64,000 bases of DNA, taken from the IMG/VR virus record IMGVR_UViG_3300047471_000616, positions 32,021-96,020 of that record; one strand, given 5' to 3'. The DNA comes from a virus. Shown piece by piece: positions 28,006 to 37,683 of this stretch (position 1 is the first letter of the stretch; every line of letters starts with the position of its first letter). Under the pieces are notes generated by a model. The model did not search any database. It was not told the DNA's origin and saw nothing but the letters and a program-made list of their open reading frames with translations. The translations under genes were made by a program, and so were the position numbers.

Positions 28006-28191
28006 ATGTGGTATGTGCTACAGATAATTGTGTTCTTTACCGTTGTTATTTACTACCTTGCCAATGACATGCTGGATGGCATTCCACTTGGGCACCTGGC
28101 GCTTTTTGCCGTGATAATTACTTTCTTAGTGACCGTAATCCTGTCCAAATTCCTGGATCTACTCCGTTGGCTCATTAGTTGGTGCGGGTAA
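28006..28191 (+). CDS. counter-oriented small two-TM membrane protein
   Basis: Strong SD GAGGAGGT, ATG 28006; 61 aa, two hydrophobic helices; AT-rich. Confidence 0.7.
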   Translation: MWYVLQIIVFFTVVIYYLANDMLDGIPLGHLALFAVIITFLVTVILSKFLDLLRWLISWCG

Positions 28192-29601
28192 CCGTTTCGC
28201 ACCTTCTAAGCCAGCAACCCATGATGCCGTTTCAGGGTCCATCTCAAGCCCTGGTGTTAATCTAGGGGTAGTGTTTTCTAGCCAAGGGCTTAATGCTCTG
28301 ACTATGGGCCTTTGTGCGCCCCTTATTGCGCCAGTCGTAGCGCCCCCCAGGCCAGTAGCCCCGGCTAATTCCAGCGCAATCGCCGATTCTGGGCCAAACC
28401 AGCCCAGATGATGCCCTGCATACGCCCCGGCAAGTTGGGCAAGCCCCGCAGCACCAGGGATCAACCATCCCCCACCTGTCATAGCTGGCACATCCCTTGT
28501 TACTGGGATTGCATCCCTGGCAAACCCCTTGAGAGGGGTAGTCATGGTTGGACTGTAGCCCCTTAGAACATCCTCTGGGACAATATGCTGTGCGCCGGTC
28601 GTAGCTGCGTGGCCTGTCGCTGCCTGCAAAGCATTTGCATCAGCTTCGGCTTGGTGCTGTGCCTGTGACGGGAATCTTGGTGCTAGATTCATCCTTTGAA
28701 GAGCAAGTCTGTTGGCAAGCTGGGCTGCTGCATCCTGAGGATGCACCCCCGGTGGGACGGTCAAGCCACCCTGCCTAAACATAGCTTCCTGAAGTGCTTC
28801 TGCCTGACGCGCAGGGGGGCCACCGGTAATGGACCTGAGCCAGGGGCTTTGTGTAGCCTGCTCAACCCCTACCGGGACCCCGGCAGCACGGACATTAGCT
28901 ACTTGCTGTTCGTGTAATGGGCTTACTGAACTTGGTGCTATTGCTTTTCTAGCCATATTGGGCAACCCCCACCCAAAAGCACCCCCCAACATTTCCGCTA
29001 CCTGAGGCCCCCAACTCTGCATATAACTGGGCAGCAAACTCTCACCAGCGTGTCTGCCTGCTACCGATCCACCTGCAGCAGTCAAGGCCCTGACCATGTT
29101 GGGGATCAAGGAACCAGCCCCGGTAACTGTTGCTGCTGCGGCCGATGGAATTATGTTTTCAGCAGCCTGCGCTACTTCCCCACCAACGGAAGTGGGCTGG
29201 TAACCCAAATCAGCCCCTGGGAATTTTTCCTGGAGCTTTTCCATCCTAGCAGGAGACGTATAAGGCCGGTTTTGCTCCTGCATGAATTTTGCAGCACCAG
29301 CCAAATTCTCTGAACCGGTAGCCTCACCTAGTTTCTGTACACCTTTCAGTGCCAGATCACCAAGGTTCCCAAATGTTGAACGTAGACCAGTAGCCGACTG
29401 GGCCGCCCACGGAATTAGCCCATGGCTGATGTCCTCAGCCGTGCTCTTCGGGGCTGGGGTGACCCCCTGCTGTTCATCATATACACGACGCTCTTCAGGC
29501 GTCATGTGCGCCAATAATTCAGGCGGGTACAGCTGTTCATTATAAGCACGACGCTCTTCTGGCGTCATGTACTTCAGCAATTCGGGGTCGTATTTATCCA
29601 T
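28159..29601 (-). CDS. internal virion/DNA ejection protein
   Basis: Ala/Gly-rich; position after the transglycosylase ejection gene. Confidence 0.6.
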   Translation of the reverse strand: MDKYDPELLKYMTPEERRAYNEQLYPPELLAHMTPEERRVYDEQQGVTPAPKSTAEDISHGLIPWAAQSATGLRSTFGNLGDLALKGVQKLGEATGSENLAGAAKFMQEQNRPYTSPARMEKLQEKFPGADLGYQPTSVGGEVAQAAENIIPSAAAATVTGAGSLIPNMVRALTAAGGSVAGRHAGESLLPSYMQSWGPQVAEMLGGAFGWGLPNMARKAIAPSSVSPLHEQQVANVRAAGVPVGVEQATQSPWLRSITGGPPARQAEALQEAMFRQGGLTVPPGVHPQDAAAQLANRLALQRMNLAPRFPSQAQHQAEADANALQAATGHAATTGAQHIVPEDVLRGYSPTMTTPLKGFARDAIPVTRDVPAMTGGGWLIPGAAGLAQLAGAYAGHHLGWFGPESAIALELAGATGLGGATTGAIRGAQRPIVRALSPWLENTTPRLTPGLEMDPETASWVAGLEGAKRLPAPTNEPTE

Positions 29602-29615
29602 GAACGTCGTGCCGA

Positions 29616-31901
29616 TTATGGTGTGGGTGTCAATGCAGGCATCTTCTTTTCACTTTCAGTCTTGCGGCGCATCAACTCCTCAGGAGGTGGGAGGGCAACA
29701 GCTGGCTTGCCAGCTGTTCCTTTAGGTTTTGCAGCTGCCTCTTTTTCCAGCTCGATGTCTTTCTCAAACTTCTTAGCCGTTGCTTCGTCCATCAACGGCT
29801 TTTCCTTGTAAAGCTTCACTATCTTAGCCCTAATATTAGGGTCAACGGCACCAGTGATCGGATCCCTGTTCCTGTCAATCTCTTCGCCTGCTTCAATCAA
29901 TCGATTATTCACAGCTTTCGCCATGGTTATCAACGCCTTGTTGGCAGCGACCGTGTTATTTCTGTTGGCGGATGCTGCGTTAATCATTTGGATTTCAGCT
30001 ACACGGATCTGACCCAAACCACCCAACTTGGTCTTCAGTGCACTCAAATTAATATCACTGATCAGTTTATCGGCAGTATCAGCCTTTGACGCAGCGGCGT
30101 TTGCGTCTTTATTACCTGTAAGCCAAGCATAGCCTTTGGCCAATGCAGTCCGGGGTCCGGCGGCAAAACCACTGATAATGTCTGGTGCGTTGAAAATACG
30201 TTCCAGTTCGTCCAACGGCTGCAGCTGTTCGGCAGCGGACTTTGCATTTCCCTGAACTTCATCACCGTACTTGGCAGCAGCTTCTGCGGCCTTAGAAGCA
30301 CCTTCTATTCTCCCTTTTACTTGGGCACCAAGTTCGCCCATATGATGTATAGCTTCGTCAGCTTGACGGGGGATCAGCGAACTGCCGCCACCAGTTGGAG
30401 GCGGGCCAGCAAGTTTTGTACCTTCTGGTGTCCCCGCCGTACCTTCGGGGGGTGGTGTGCCCAACATACCGGGCGACGGTGCATCAGCTGCCGTGCCTGT
30501 CTCAAGCGCCGCTGTCTTTACCCCACCGGCTGTTGGGGCGGCTTCGCTACTCTTACCGGGGGCGGGCGCAGCAACCGGAGGTGTGGCACTGGGAATTGCT
30601 GGGGTAGGAGGTGTAGGCGAGGTTGATGCAGTCGCGCTACCAGGCGTGCCAGGTGTCCCACCAACAGTGGAAGGTACCGGTTCGCCCTCACCTCTTTTAT
30701 CCGTCGGCTCAACAGGCCCCAGGATACGGTAGGTGCCATCAGCGTTGTACATCGCCTTGACCGGTATCTTGATGCCTTCAGGCCCGGCGTATTCCATTTG
30801 AAAGACGTCACCCTGGAAGACCTGGTGACCATTGGCAGTTTGGGTGATTGTCCCAAACGGCGTCTTGAATTGGACCGGTTGGCCCTGACTGTAAAAGGAT
30901 TGATCAAGGTATTGCCTCAAACTCGGATCCATGTACGGATTGGCACCCCCCATGAATTGATGCGGGGTAACGTGCTGACGCTGGGTAAAGAGCCCAGGAT
31001 CCATCCTGACACTCTCAGCAGTAGCAGGGCCTGGGACTGTAGCTGGGGCACCCAAACTGGGGGATGCTGGCGCTGCCGGGTGCAGACCCCCACCACCACC
31101 TGCCAAAGCCGTAGACATAGCCGCTGGTGCGTCAGCGGGACCGGGGGCTGCCGCAGTAGGCTCTTCAGCGTAAGCCGACGCTGAGCCGTCCCCAGGGCCT
31201 GTAGCTGGCAACCCAGGAGCATTGGAGGCCAGTTTCATGAAATTCTGGCCGTACTGCCCAACTGACGTCCCCAACTGATCCTTGCGCTCAGGATGATTGA
31301 CCCCACCAGGACCGCCAAGCCAAGCCCGTGCAGCCCCTTCTGGGCCGTACTTCTGTTCATACTGGGCAAATTTACCTTTGCGGACTATTTCCTGTGCTTC
31401 TGGGCTGTTCAGGAACTCCCCTGGGGTCATACGGTGACCAAGAAACTCCTGAGTCCACACAGGGATGTTGGACCCCATTACCTGATACTTGCCGTAGGCA
31501 CGGTCACCAGCCATCGATCCCTTTTTGATGATCGGACCAAGCGCAGTGTACTTGCCGCCGCTCTCAAGTGAAGAAAGTGCTTTACCTTCCGGGTCAGTTG
31601 CATCACTAACAGGTACTAGTCCTCCTCCCCCTGAACTGGGGCCGCCAGGGTAACCACTCTCAAGGCCGGTGGCTCGGGCCTTGAGCATGGATGCTTTCTC
31701 ACCGGCAGCAGCTTGATCCAACCCCATCCTGCCCATAAGGGCCTGGGTCATTTGTGTCCCTATGGCAAACGGGGAAACAGCCTCATGCTCCTTGCCAACA
31801 GGCGTGGTCATGCTCTGCTTCAGCAATGCTTCTGCCATTGCACGTTGGGCCAGTACTTGCCCAGGCGTGACAAAGTCCGACATTGAATAGTCATCGGCCA
31901 T
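29616..31901 (-). CDS. DNA ejection protein with lysozyme/lytic transglycosylase-like domain
   Basis: LESGGKY, AYGKYQVM, PEAQE, AARAWLGGPG; Pro/Ala linkers. Confidence 0.75.
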   Translation of the reverse strand: MADDYSMSDFVTPGQVLAQRAMAEALLKQSMTTPVGKEHEAVSPFAIGTQMTQALMGRMGLDQAAAGEKASMLKARATGLESGYPGGPSSGGGGLVPVSDATDPEGKALSSLESGGKYTALGPIIKKGSMAGDRAYGKYQVMGSNIPVWTQEFLGHRMTPGEFLNSPEAQEIVRKGKFAQYEQKYGPEGAARAWLGGPGGVNHPERKDQLGTSVGQYGQNFMKLASNAPGLPATGPGDGSASAYAEEPTAAAPGPADAPAAMSTALAGGGGGLHPAAPASPSLGAPATVPGPATAESVRMDPGLFTQRQHVTPHQFMGGANPYMDPSLRQYLDQSFYSQGQPVQFKTPFGTITQTANGHQVFQGDVFQMEYAGPEGIKIPVKAMYNADGTYRILGPVEPTDKRGEGEPVPSTVGGTPGTPGSATASTSPTPPTPAIPSATPPVAAPAPGKSSEAAPTAGGVKTAALETGTAADAPSPGMLGTPPPEGTAGTPEGTKLAGPPPTGGGSSLIPRQADEAIHHMGELGAQVKGRIEGASKAAEAAAKYGDEVQGNAKSAAEQLQPLDELERIFNAPDIISGFAAGPRTALAKGYAWLTGNKDANAAASKADTADKLISDINLSALKTKLGGLGQIRVAEIQMINAASANRNNTVAANKALITMAKAVNNRLIEAGEEIDRNRDPITGAVDPNIRAKIVKLYKEKPLMDEATAKKFEKDIELEKEAAAKPKGTAGKPAVALPPPEELMRRKTESEKKMPALTPTP

Positions 31902-31911
31902 CGAAGTAGCC

Positions 31912-32379
31912 CTATAGCTGCATTTGGCTTAGCGGGTCTGGTCTTTGCGCAACTGCACTGGGTGGCAAGCCGCCCATGGGCGGACGGCCGAACAACGCAC
32001 TGCCATTGAGGGATGGGGTAGGGGATGCACCCTGAGTGAACGGGTTCATAGGCGGACGTGGTGGGGGCATAGGAACGCCACCAGTCTGCGGCGGTGGCAT
32101 TCCTGGTGATGCCGCTGGGGGCATTGCAGGTGGCGTGACCGAACCAAGCGGGTTCGCTGGGGTCTGAATATTGCCCTCATACGTGCCAGCATTTGGGGCT
32201 AGGGTATTGGCGTTCTGAGTATTGTTGTAGCCCTGCATCAGGGCTGAGATCATGTTGTTGATCCCCCCGCCAACGCCGCCAGGGCTGGCAGGGCTGGCAG
32301 AACTTGGGGTTACCCCTTGCTGCCCGCCAAACATCTGGGCGAAGGGCTGAAGGGGTGAGATTGCAGCTGGGTTATCCAT
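31912..32379 (-). CDS. Pro/Gly/Met-rich putative internal virion protein
   Basis: Low-complexity ORF with SD AAGGA in the ejection cluster. Confidence 0.55.
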   Translation of the reverse strand: MDNPAAISPLQPFAQMFGGQQGVTPSSASPASPGGVGGGINNMISALMQGYNNTQNANTLAPNAGTYEGNIQTPANPLGSVTPPAMPPAASPGMPPPQTGGVPMPPPRPPMNPFTQGASPTPSLNGSALFGRPPMGGLPPSAVAQRPDPLSQMQL

Positions 32380-32392
32380 TTGATTTTATCCT

Positions 32393-33250
32393 TTAATAGA
32401 GTCCGCCAGTACCACCACCAGCAAAAGCAGTGCCTAGATTTTTCCCAATGGCAGAACCAACAGGCCCACCCATTATACCTCCACCAATACCGCCAAGAGC
32501 AGAGATCATCGCATTGTACTGAGCCTGCTGCGCCTGATACTGCTGGTTCTGTGCTTGGGTCATTGTGGCCAGGTCGGCGGCCGTATTCGGGGCCGTGAAG
32601 CCAGGAAGGGCACTGGTAAAACCGGTGGTTGGCGAACCCGGTGCACCAAAGCTGGCCAAAGACTCACTCATTGTCAGCGGCATCTGATACTGCTGTGCCG
32701 CAATAGCCTCAGTCTGTGGGAAGGCAGACGCAAGGAACTGGTTGACCTGCAGCCCCTGATTGGTCTGGGTTTGCCGCATGGCATTGTCGTAGGCTGGATC
32801 ACCAGGCTTGAAACCCTGGTTCTTCAGTTGTGCATCCAGTTGCGACGTTTGGGTATCAAAGAAAGGCTGCAGGAACTTTAGCTGCGTATCCATCATCTGA
32901 CCGGTCATGCCGGTCGCCATGTCACCAATGACTTTAGAGGGTTGATCAGCACCGTAACCGGCACCAGCCAGCAGTTCGCCAGCTTGCCCACCAGCCGCTG
33001 TCTGTGTGCCGGTCAACTGGTTAAGTAGGGTTTGCTGTTGCGGGGTTAGCTGGGTTTTCGCCGTGTAAATAGGCGTACCCTGCGGGGTAGTCCCGGTCTG
33101 CACATAATTCAATGATCCCAGCGGCCCCTGCTGGTTGACCATAGAAGATTGCTGGGCAGTTGCACTGAAAGGCAGTTGGCTCTGCGCAGCCGTAGTTGCC
33201 GATCCTACAGCAGCGCCAGGGGATGGGGGTGTAGGTTGGCCGAGGCTCAT
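32393..33250 (-). CDS. DNA transfer/ejection (pilot-like) protein
   Basis: VNQ.GPLGSL.Y, L.NQG..PG..AY..AM; Gly-rich C-terminus. Confidence 0.65.
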   Translation of the reverse strand: MSLGQPTPPSPGAAVGSATTAAQSQLPFSATAQQSSMVNQQGPLGSLNYVQTGTTPQGTPIYTAKTQLTPQQQTLLNQLTGTQTAAGGQAGELLAGAGYGADQPSKVIGDMATGMTGQMMDTQLKFLQPFFDTQTSQLDAQLKNQGFKPGDPAYDNAMRQTQTNQGLQVNQFLASAFPQTEAIAAQQYQMPLTMSESLASFGAPGSPTTGFTSALPGFTAPNTAADLATMTQAQNQQYQAQQAQYNAMISALGGIGGGIMGGPVGSAIGKNLGTAFAGGGTGGLY

Positions 33251-33492
33251 GCTGTTAACCCCCGCCCCAGCAGCTGGGCCATCTGCAGGGCCTGTTGCTG
33301 TTGCTTATCTAGAGGATTGACGGATGCCTGGGGCATGCCAGGTATCATGGGGTGCCCCATCCCAGTTGTATTCTGTCCTATCGTTGGTTTCCGCTGCACA
33401 CCGGGCATGGCCAACGAAGAGGATTGACCTGTTGCCTGCCGGTTCTGTGCGTGGGTGGTGTAGGAGTCACCGGGTGGTGGGTTCATTAGCAT
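33247..33492 (-). CDS. small Gln/Pro-rich protein
   Basis: Coupled ORF. Confidence 0.5.
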   Translation of the reverse strand: MLMNPPPGDSYTTHAQNRQATGQSSSLAMPGVQRKPTIGQNTTGMGHPMIPGMPQASVNPLDKQQQQALQMAQLLGRGLTA

Positions 33493-33937
33493 GTTTGTCT
33501 ACCTTAGGTGAAATTTTACCCACACGCTCAAGCACATCTCTGAACATGACCAGCCTGACGCCGGTATTTCTGTTGCAATCACGCTTGCCGTAGTAACAAC
33601 GGGAGACGCCCTCAAACTTGAAACCGGTCTTCATCAGCCCCTTGATCAGCTGCTTGTTTTTCTTGCTTGTGATCGCACTCAACCGGGAAGCGTCAAACTG
33701 AAGAATAGCATACCTGGCCAAACTTCTATAGACCCCAAGGGTCATAGTTTCTTCGCCATAATAGGCTATTTCTACGTTGCTGCCGTTCCAGCTGTGATAG
33801 AAAACCGCTCCCACCAGCATGCCGCTGGCGTCAACCAGCCCCAGGGCCTTGTCGTACTTGTAGGGCGGCCATTTGTACTTCGAGAAATGCCATTTCGCCA
33901 CTTCTTCATCACAGTCAAAGAGCAGCCCAGTAGCCAT
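33467..33937 (-). CDS. GNAT-fold protein of the podophage tail module
   Basis: LVGAVFY, KKNK.L...L.K.GFKFEG..R; sits after the nozzle gene. Confidence 0.7.
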   Translation of the reverse strand: MATGLLFDCDEEVAKWHFSKYKWPPYKYDKALGLVDASGMLVGAVFYHSWNGSNVEIAYYGEETMTLGVYRSLARYAILQFDASRLSAITSKKNKQLIKGLMKTGFKFEGVSRCYYGKRDCNRNTGVRLVMFRDVLERVGKISPKVDKHANEPTTR

Positions 33938-35577
33938 TATACCGGCCCCCCGTATTCGATGACGCTGTTGAAGGCATTAACTTGCACAACTGGCAGCGTT
34001 GGGTCGATGCTACCTGCGAATCTGCCGGTATCAAACACGGCACTGTCGAAGGCAGCCGAACCCGTGCCAACGCCAATGGCATTGACCTGCATCCTGAGTG
34101 CCAGGGCGTGTCCTTCGGCATTTACCGTGAGCCAGCTGCTGAAGTTCACGGTAGTCGACGGCCACAGGCTTTGATCCCAAAGGGCCTGATCCCACAATAC
34201 CGTCGATGTAAAGGTAGTGACCGGGGCCTGTAGGCCAGAAGTTTGAAAATCGGTATCTACCCCCAAAGTTGGGGTAATGCCGCCGCCCAAAGTCAACAGC
34301 GGCTGGACCATGGTTATCCGTTTGTTGCGTCCAGGTTCGTCGAACCAGTTGAAAGCACATTGCATATCTGCAAAGATAGCTTCAGCATTATCAGTCGACC
34401 CAACATAGCCTTGATTAACCAATCCATTGTTGCTCCCCCAGTACAGGTTGTTGTTATAAATAGCGAAAGTGTTAGCATTCCAGCCAATGAACTGACACCA
34501 GGCACCAGTCAGGGTATTCATGACGAACTGGACCTGCTGCTGATTTTCCACCATAGGAACATTAAGCAGCAGCAATTGCTGAATTGGGAAACTGGTTACT
34601 TCCCAGCCAAACAGGGACTGCCCGGTTATGGACGCCTGGGCCATCGCATTTTGAATACGGGCGGTGATGGCAATGGAACGGTCGGCACTGGGGTCAAACG
34701 GCAGGGCCTGAGAAATGGGGATAACACCCTGTTGGGTGATTATTGCAACATCCGACCCCAACCGGGTGAGGCAGCGGCGTCCTATAGGCGGGGAAATATC
34801 AAACGTGCCCACCAAATGAAAGTCACTGGCATTGGTTGGGTCAACGCCAGAATACAGACTTACCTGCCCCCGGCTGGAAATGAACATTGCGTAGTCGTTG
34901 GGGCCACTACCACCATCAACGGTCCAGCTGGACATAGAAACCAGGTAACCACCTTTGTTCCACAGCGAACCAAAGTCCAGCGTCCCAGCTATTGGCCCCT
35001 GGATGGCACCTACCGGCATGAAGGCAACAACGGTGGACTGGTTCATGACATACCACAGCCGCTGCTTCTGGGCGTGGATATTGATGATGTTGGCAGTATT
35101 ACCGCCAGGCAACCCGGTTATGGACGGGTTGGTCCAAGCACTTCCATCGTATTGGATCAGGGCGTCAATACCGTTGACAGCCTGAAGATATGATGTGGTG
35201 CTGCCGCCTGGAGTGAAATTGGTGTATTGCCAGCGGGCGCTGCCAAGTCCAGTCAGAACCGTACTTCCAGTGCTGGTTGATACGTTGATGATGTGGGCGT
35301 CTGCCGCAGCAAACATTTGTTCGCTGGACGGTGACCGGTAGACCATCAGGGACTCAACCGCTGCCATTACGCCCGTGTAGGCATAAGCAAAATACCCACC
35401 ACGCATTTCTACAAAACCGGGGCGCGGCACCCAATTATTGAGGATGGGGGCGCGCTTGGGGTCCATCTCAGCCAGCGGTGAAATGGCGTCCCAGCCGTCT
35501 ACCGGTGCCGGTATCGTCTTGGCCACCACATCGGGGGCTAGGTACGGTACCTTTTGGACGCTGGCTGATTTTCTCAT
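33937..35577 (-). CDS. tail nozzle / packaged-DNA stabilisation protein (P22 gp10-like position)
   Basis: PAPVDGW...LAEM...A..LNNW.P; beta-rich 546 aa; synteny. Confidence 0.75.
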   Translation of the reverse strand: MRKSASVQKVPYLAPDVVAKTIPAPVDGWDAISPLAEMDPKRAPILNNWVPRPGFVEMRGGYFAYAYTGVMAAVESLMVYRSPSSEQMFAAADAHIINVSTSTGSTVLTGLGSARWQYTNFTPGGSTTSYLQAVNGIDALIQYDGSAWTNPSITGLPGGNTANIINIHAQKQRLWYVMNQSTVVAFMPVGAIQGPIAGTLDFGSLWNKGGYLVSMSSWTVDGGSGPNDYAMFISSRGQVSLYSGVDPTNASDFHLVGTFDISPPIGRRCLTRLGSDVAIITQQGVIPISQALPFDPSADRSIAITARIQNAMAQASITGQSLFGWEVTSFPIQQLLLLNVPMVENQQQVQFVMNTLTGAWCQFIGWNANTFAIYNNNLYWGSNNGLVNQGYVGSTDNAEAIFADMQCAFNWFDEPGRNKRITMVQPLLTLGGGITPTLGVDTDFQTSGLQAPVTTFTSTVLWDQALWDQSLWPSTTVNFSSWLTVNAEGHALALRMQVNAIGVGTGSAAFDSAVFDTGRFAGSIDPTLPVVQVNAFNSVIEYGGPV

Positions 35578-36989
35578 TTATTGAGTGCCCTGACGTAATC
35601 CTGAACCCCAGAGGCCACAGCGGGGGCTGCGACTGCACCACCTGCCAGACCTGCAAGCAGGTTCCTGCTTTCCAGGTCTTTGAATGCCGCCCAGGGTGAT
35701 CTTAGTTGATTGGGATCAAGAGCAATGTACGAAGTATGCCCTGGATCTTCTATTTTGTTTATGTACTTTATGGAGTCGTAGCCTTTCCTGCGAATAAGGT
35801 CTCGAAGACCTTGTATTTGTTTATCCGAATCTGGTTCATACAATCCACGCGCTGGTTTACCACCCAAAGCGTAGGATACTTCCTCTTTACCAAATTGTGG
35901 GTGACTTTCCAGAAACTCACTTATTTGCTGAGGCCCCCAATTCCCCATGTCGGGGGTCTCAAGTGGATTCTGTGCACGCATCACCAATGGGTAAACTCTA
36001 GACGGTCTATCTTTTGCTAATTCAACACCACCAACGTAATTTGCTGCTTTAGGGGAACCAGCATGTACACCAATCTCTGACCTGTTACGAATCCCTTCTT
36101 CAGGCAGCTGAAATTCACCAAATGGTTCCTTTGCTCTGGTGCCGTGCGCCAAAGGAACGTTAAATCCTGCGGCAGCGGCACGTTCAGGTACTGGAGTTGG
36201 TAAATGCTCAGGTACTCCTTCATACCCTATACTTTCAGGAAAATACTCAGTGCCAGTAGTGTATGATCCCAATGGTTTCCAAGGGGAGCTCGGGCCAACA
36301 TTGCTTGATTTTGGGATCGCTGCATTTTCGTACGCCTTGTTTGTATATTCACTAAGAGTAGTACCCTTAAAGGGCCAATTTTGGTCGGTACCAATCTTTC
36401 CAATTTCCGCTAATTTTCTAGGGGGTACAGGCTTGGTACCTGGTTTGCTAGATAAAGGGGTATTTTCCTTGAAAAGGACAGGTTGGCCTGTGGCCCTATC
36501 AAAATAAGCCCCCACCTTGTGCCCAGCTTTTTCATAAGCTTCAAAGTTGCTCGGACTTAGAATTTCCATAGAGCCGGGGGTTTCAGTAAATGGATGATAT
36601 ACATCTGGGTTCCACGCAGCACCCTCTTTACCGGTTTTGGCCACCATCCGTATTCCAACTGATCCTGGATCCCATTCCTTTGCAGGGGCCAATTTCCCAC
36701 CAAGTGCCCCCAATGCACCTCTTTCAGCTGCTGGTGCACCACCACCGGCCAATGACAAGGCAGTTTCGACGTATGGAGCTGGATTATAGTCACCGGTCTG
36801 CCTAAGGTTCTCAGACTCCTCAAACATTCTCTTGGGCAGTTCAGCCATATGCCCAGCACCAAGGGCTGCAAATGCGCCAGCTCCTGGTGTCTCAAGCAAC
36901 GGTCTTGCAGGATCTATTTGCAAGGGCGGCGGCAGCCCCCCAGGATTTGGCCGCATAAGTGCGGCTATCATCTCGTCCTGGTCAGGCAT
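35574..36989 (-). CDS. protein with C-terminal ADP-ribosyltransferase-like (ART-PolyVal-type) domain
   Basis: AHGT...F.EF, GVHAG, VYPL...QNPL, GYDSIKYIN..ED, YIALDPNQLRS..A.F. Confidence 0.6.
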   Translation of the reverse strand: MPDQDEMIAALMRPNPGGLPPPLQIDPARPLLETPGAGAFAALGAGHMAELPKRMFEESENLRQTGDYNPAPYVETALSLAGGGAPAAERGALGALGGKLAPAKEWDPGSVGIRMVAKTGKEGAAWNPDVYHPFTETPGSMEILSPSNFEAYEKAGHKVGAYFDRATGQPVLFKENTPLSSKPGTKPVPPRKLAEIGKIGTDQNWPFKGTTLSEYTNKAYENAAIPKSSNVGPSSPWKPLGSYTTGTEYFPESIGYEGVPEHLPTPVPERAAAAGFNVPLAHGTRAKEPFGEFQLPEEGIRNRSEIGVHAGSPKAANYVGGVELAKDRPSRVYPLVMRAQNPLETPDMGNWGPQQISEFLESHPQFGKEEVSYALGGKPARGLYEPDSDKQIQGLRDLIRRKGYDSIKYINKIEDPGHTSYIALDPNQLRSPWAAFKDLESRNLLAGLAGGAVAAPAVASGVQDYVRALNK

Positions 36990-37460
36990 TTATTGATTTT
37001 CTGGGCGTAGAGGGACTACTGGTGCCGACGGCCACATACGTCTGAACTGGTCAACCCCAGGCTGGCCAAACCTGGATTGCACATCTGCCATAAAGTCTTC
37101 GTTTCTCATGCGGCGCTGATCGGCCACTTGTGGGGATACTGGAAATGGCACAACTTCCCCAGCCATATGCTGCAGATGCGGCTGCTGAACCATGGTACCC
37201 CATCCTCGTGGGTTTAGAATACCCTGGAAAGGTGACCCCTGCTCACCAGGTATGATTGGCCTATCTACGTTGTTGGGGTTATAGGCAGGAATATTTGGGT
37301 CCTTCAGCCGCTCCCTGCCGTGCGCCATCAAGTCTGCAGGACTTAAAATTTGGTCCAAAGGCCTCGAGAAGGTAACCCCAGCTGAGGGCTGCTGGAATAA
37401 AGCATTCATCATAGGGTCTTGTGGCCCTTGCAGGGCTGAAACCATAGGATCTTGGGTCAT
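36990..37460 (-). CDS. Pro/Gln-rich hypothetical protein
   Basis: ATG 37460 follows the upstream stop by 1 nt. Confidence 0.55.
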   Translation of the reverse strand: MTQDPMVSALQGPQDPMMNALFQQPSAGVTFSRPLDQILSPADLMAHGRERLKDPNIPAYNPNNVDRPIIPGEQGSPFQGILNPRGWGTMVQQPHLQHMAGEVVPFPVSPQVADQRRMRNEDFMADVQSRFGQPGVDQFRRMWPSAPVVPLRPENQ

Positions 37461-37461
37461 T

Positions 37462-37683
37462 TTAGCTTCCGTGAAAAGCGTTGACCGTGATCTGGCAAGA
37501 AGCACGCACCGCAACAGCGCCCTTGACGGCTATCCCCGAAGTCAGTCCACGCACATCCCATTCCCGTGCTTGCACAAAGCATTCTTCTACAGTGGGCATG
37601 CTTAGCGCCTTGTTCACATCCGGCAGGTTGCCGGGCATGACAATGGTCAGGATCAGGATGATGGGGGCAGTGATTTCTGTCAT
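37462..37683 (-). CDS. small hypothetical protein
   Basis: Hydrophobic N-terminus, ECF..A...C pattern. Confidence 0.55.
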   Translation of the reverse strand: MTEITAPIILILTIVMPGNLPDVNKALSMPTVEECFVQAREWDVRGLTSGIAVKGAVAVRASCQITVNAFHGS

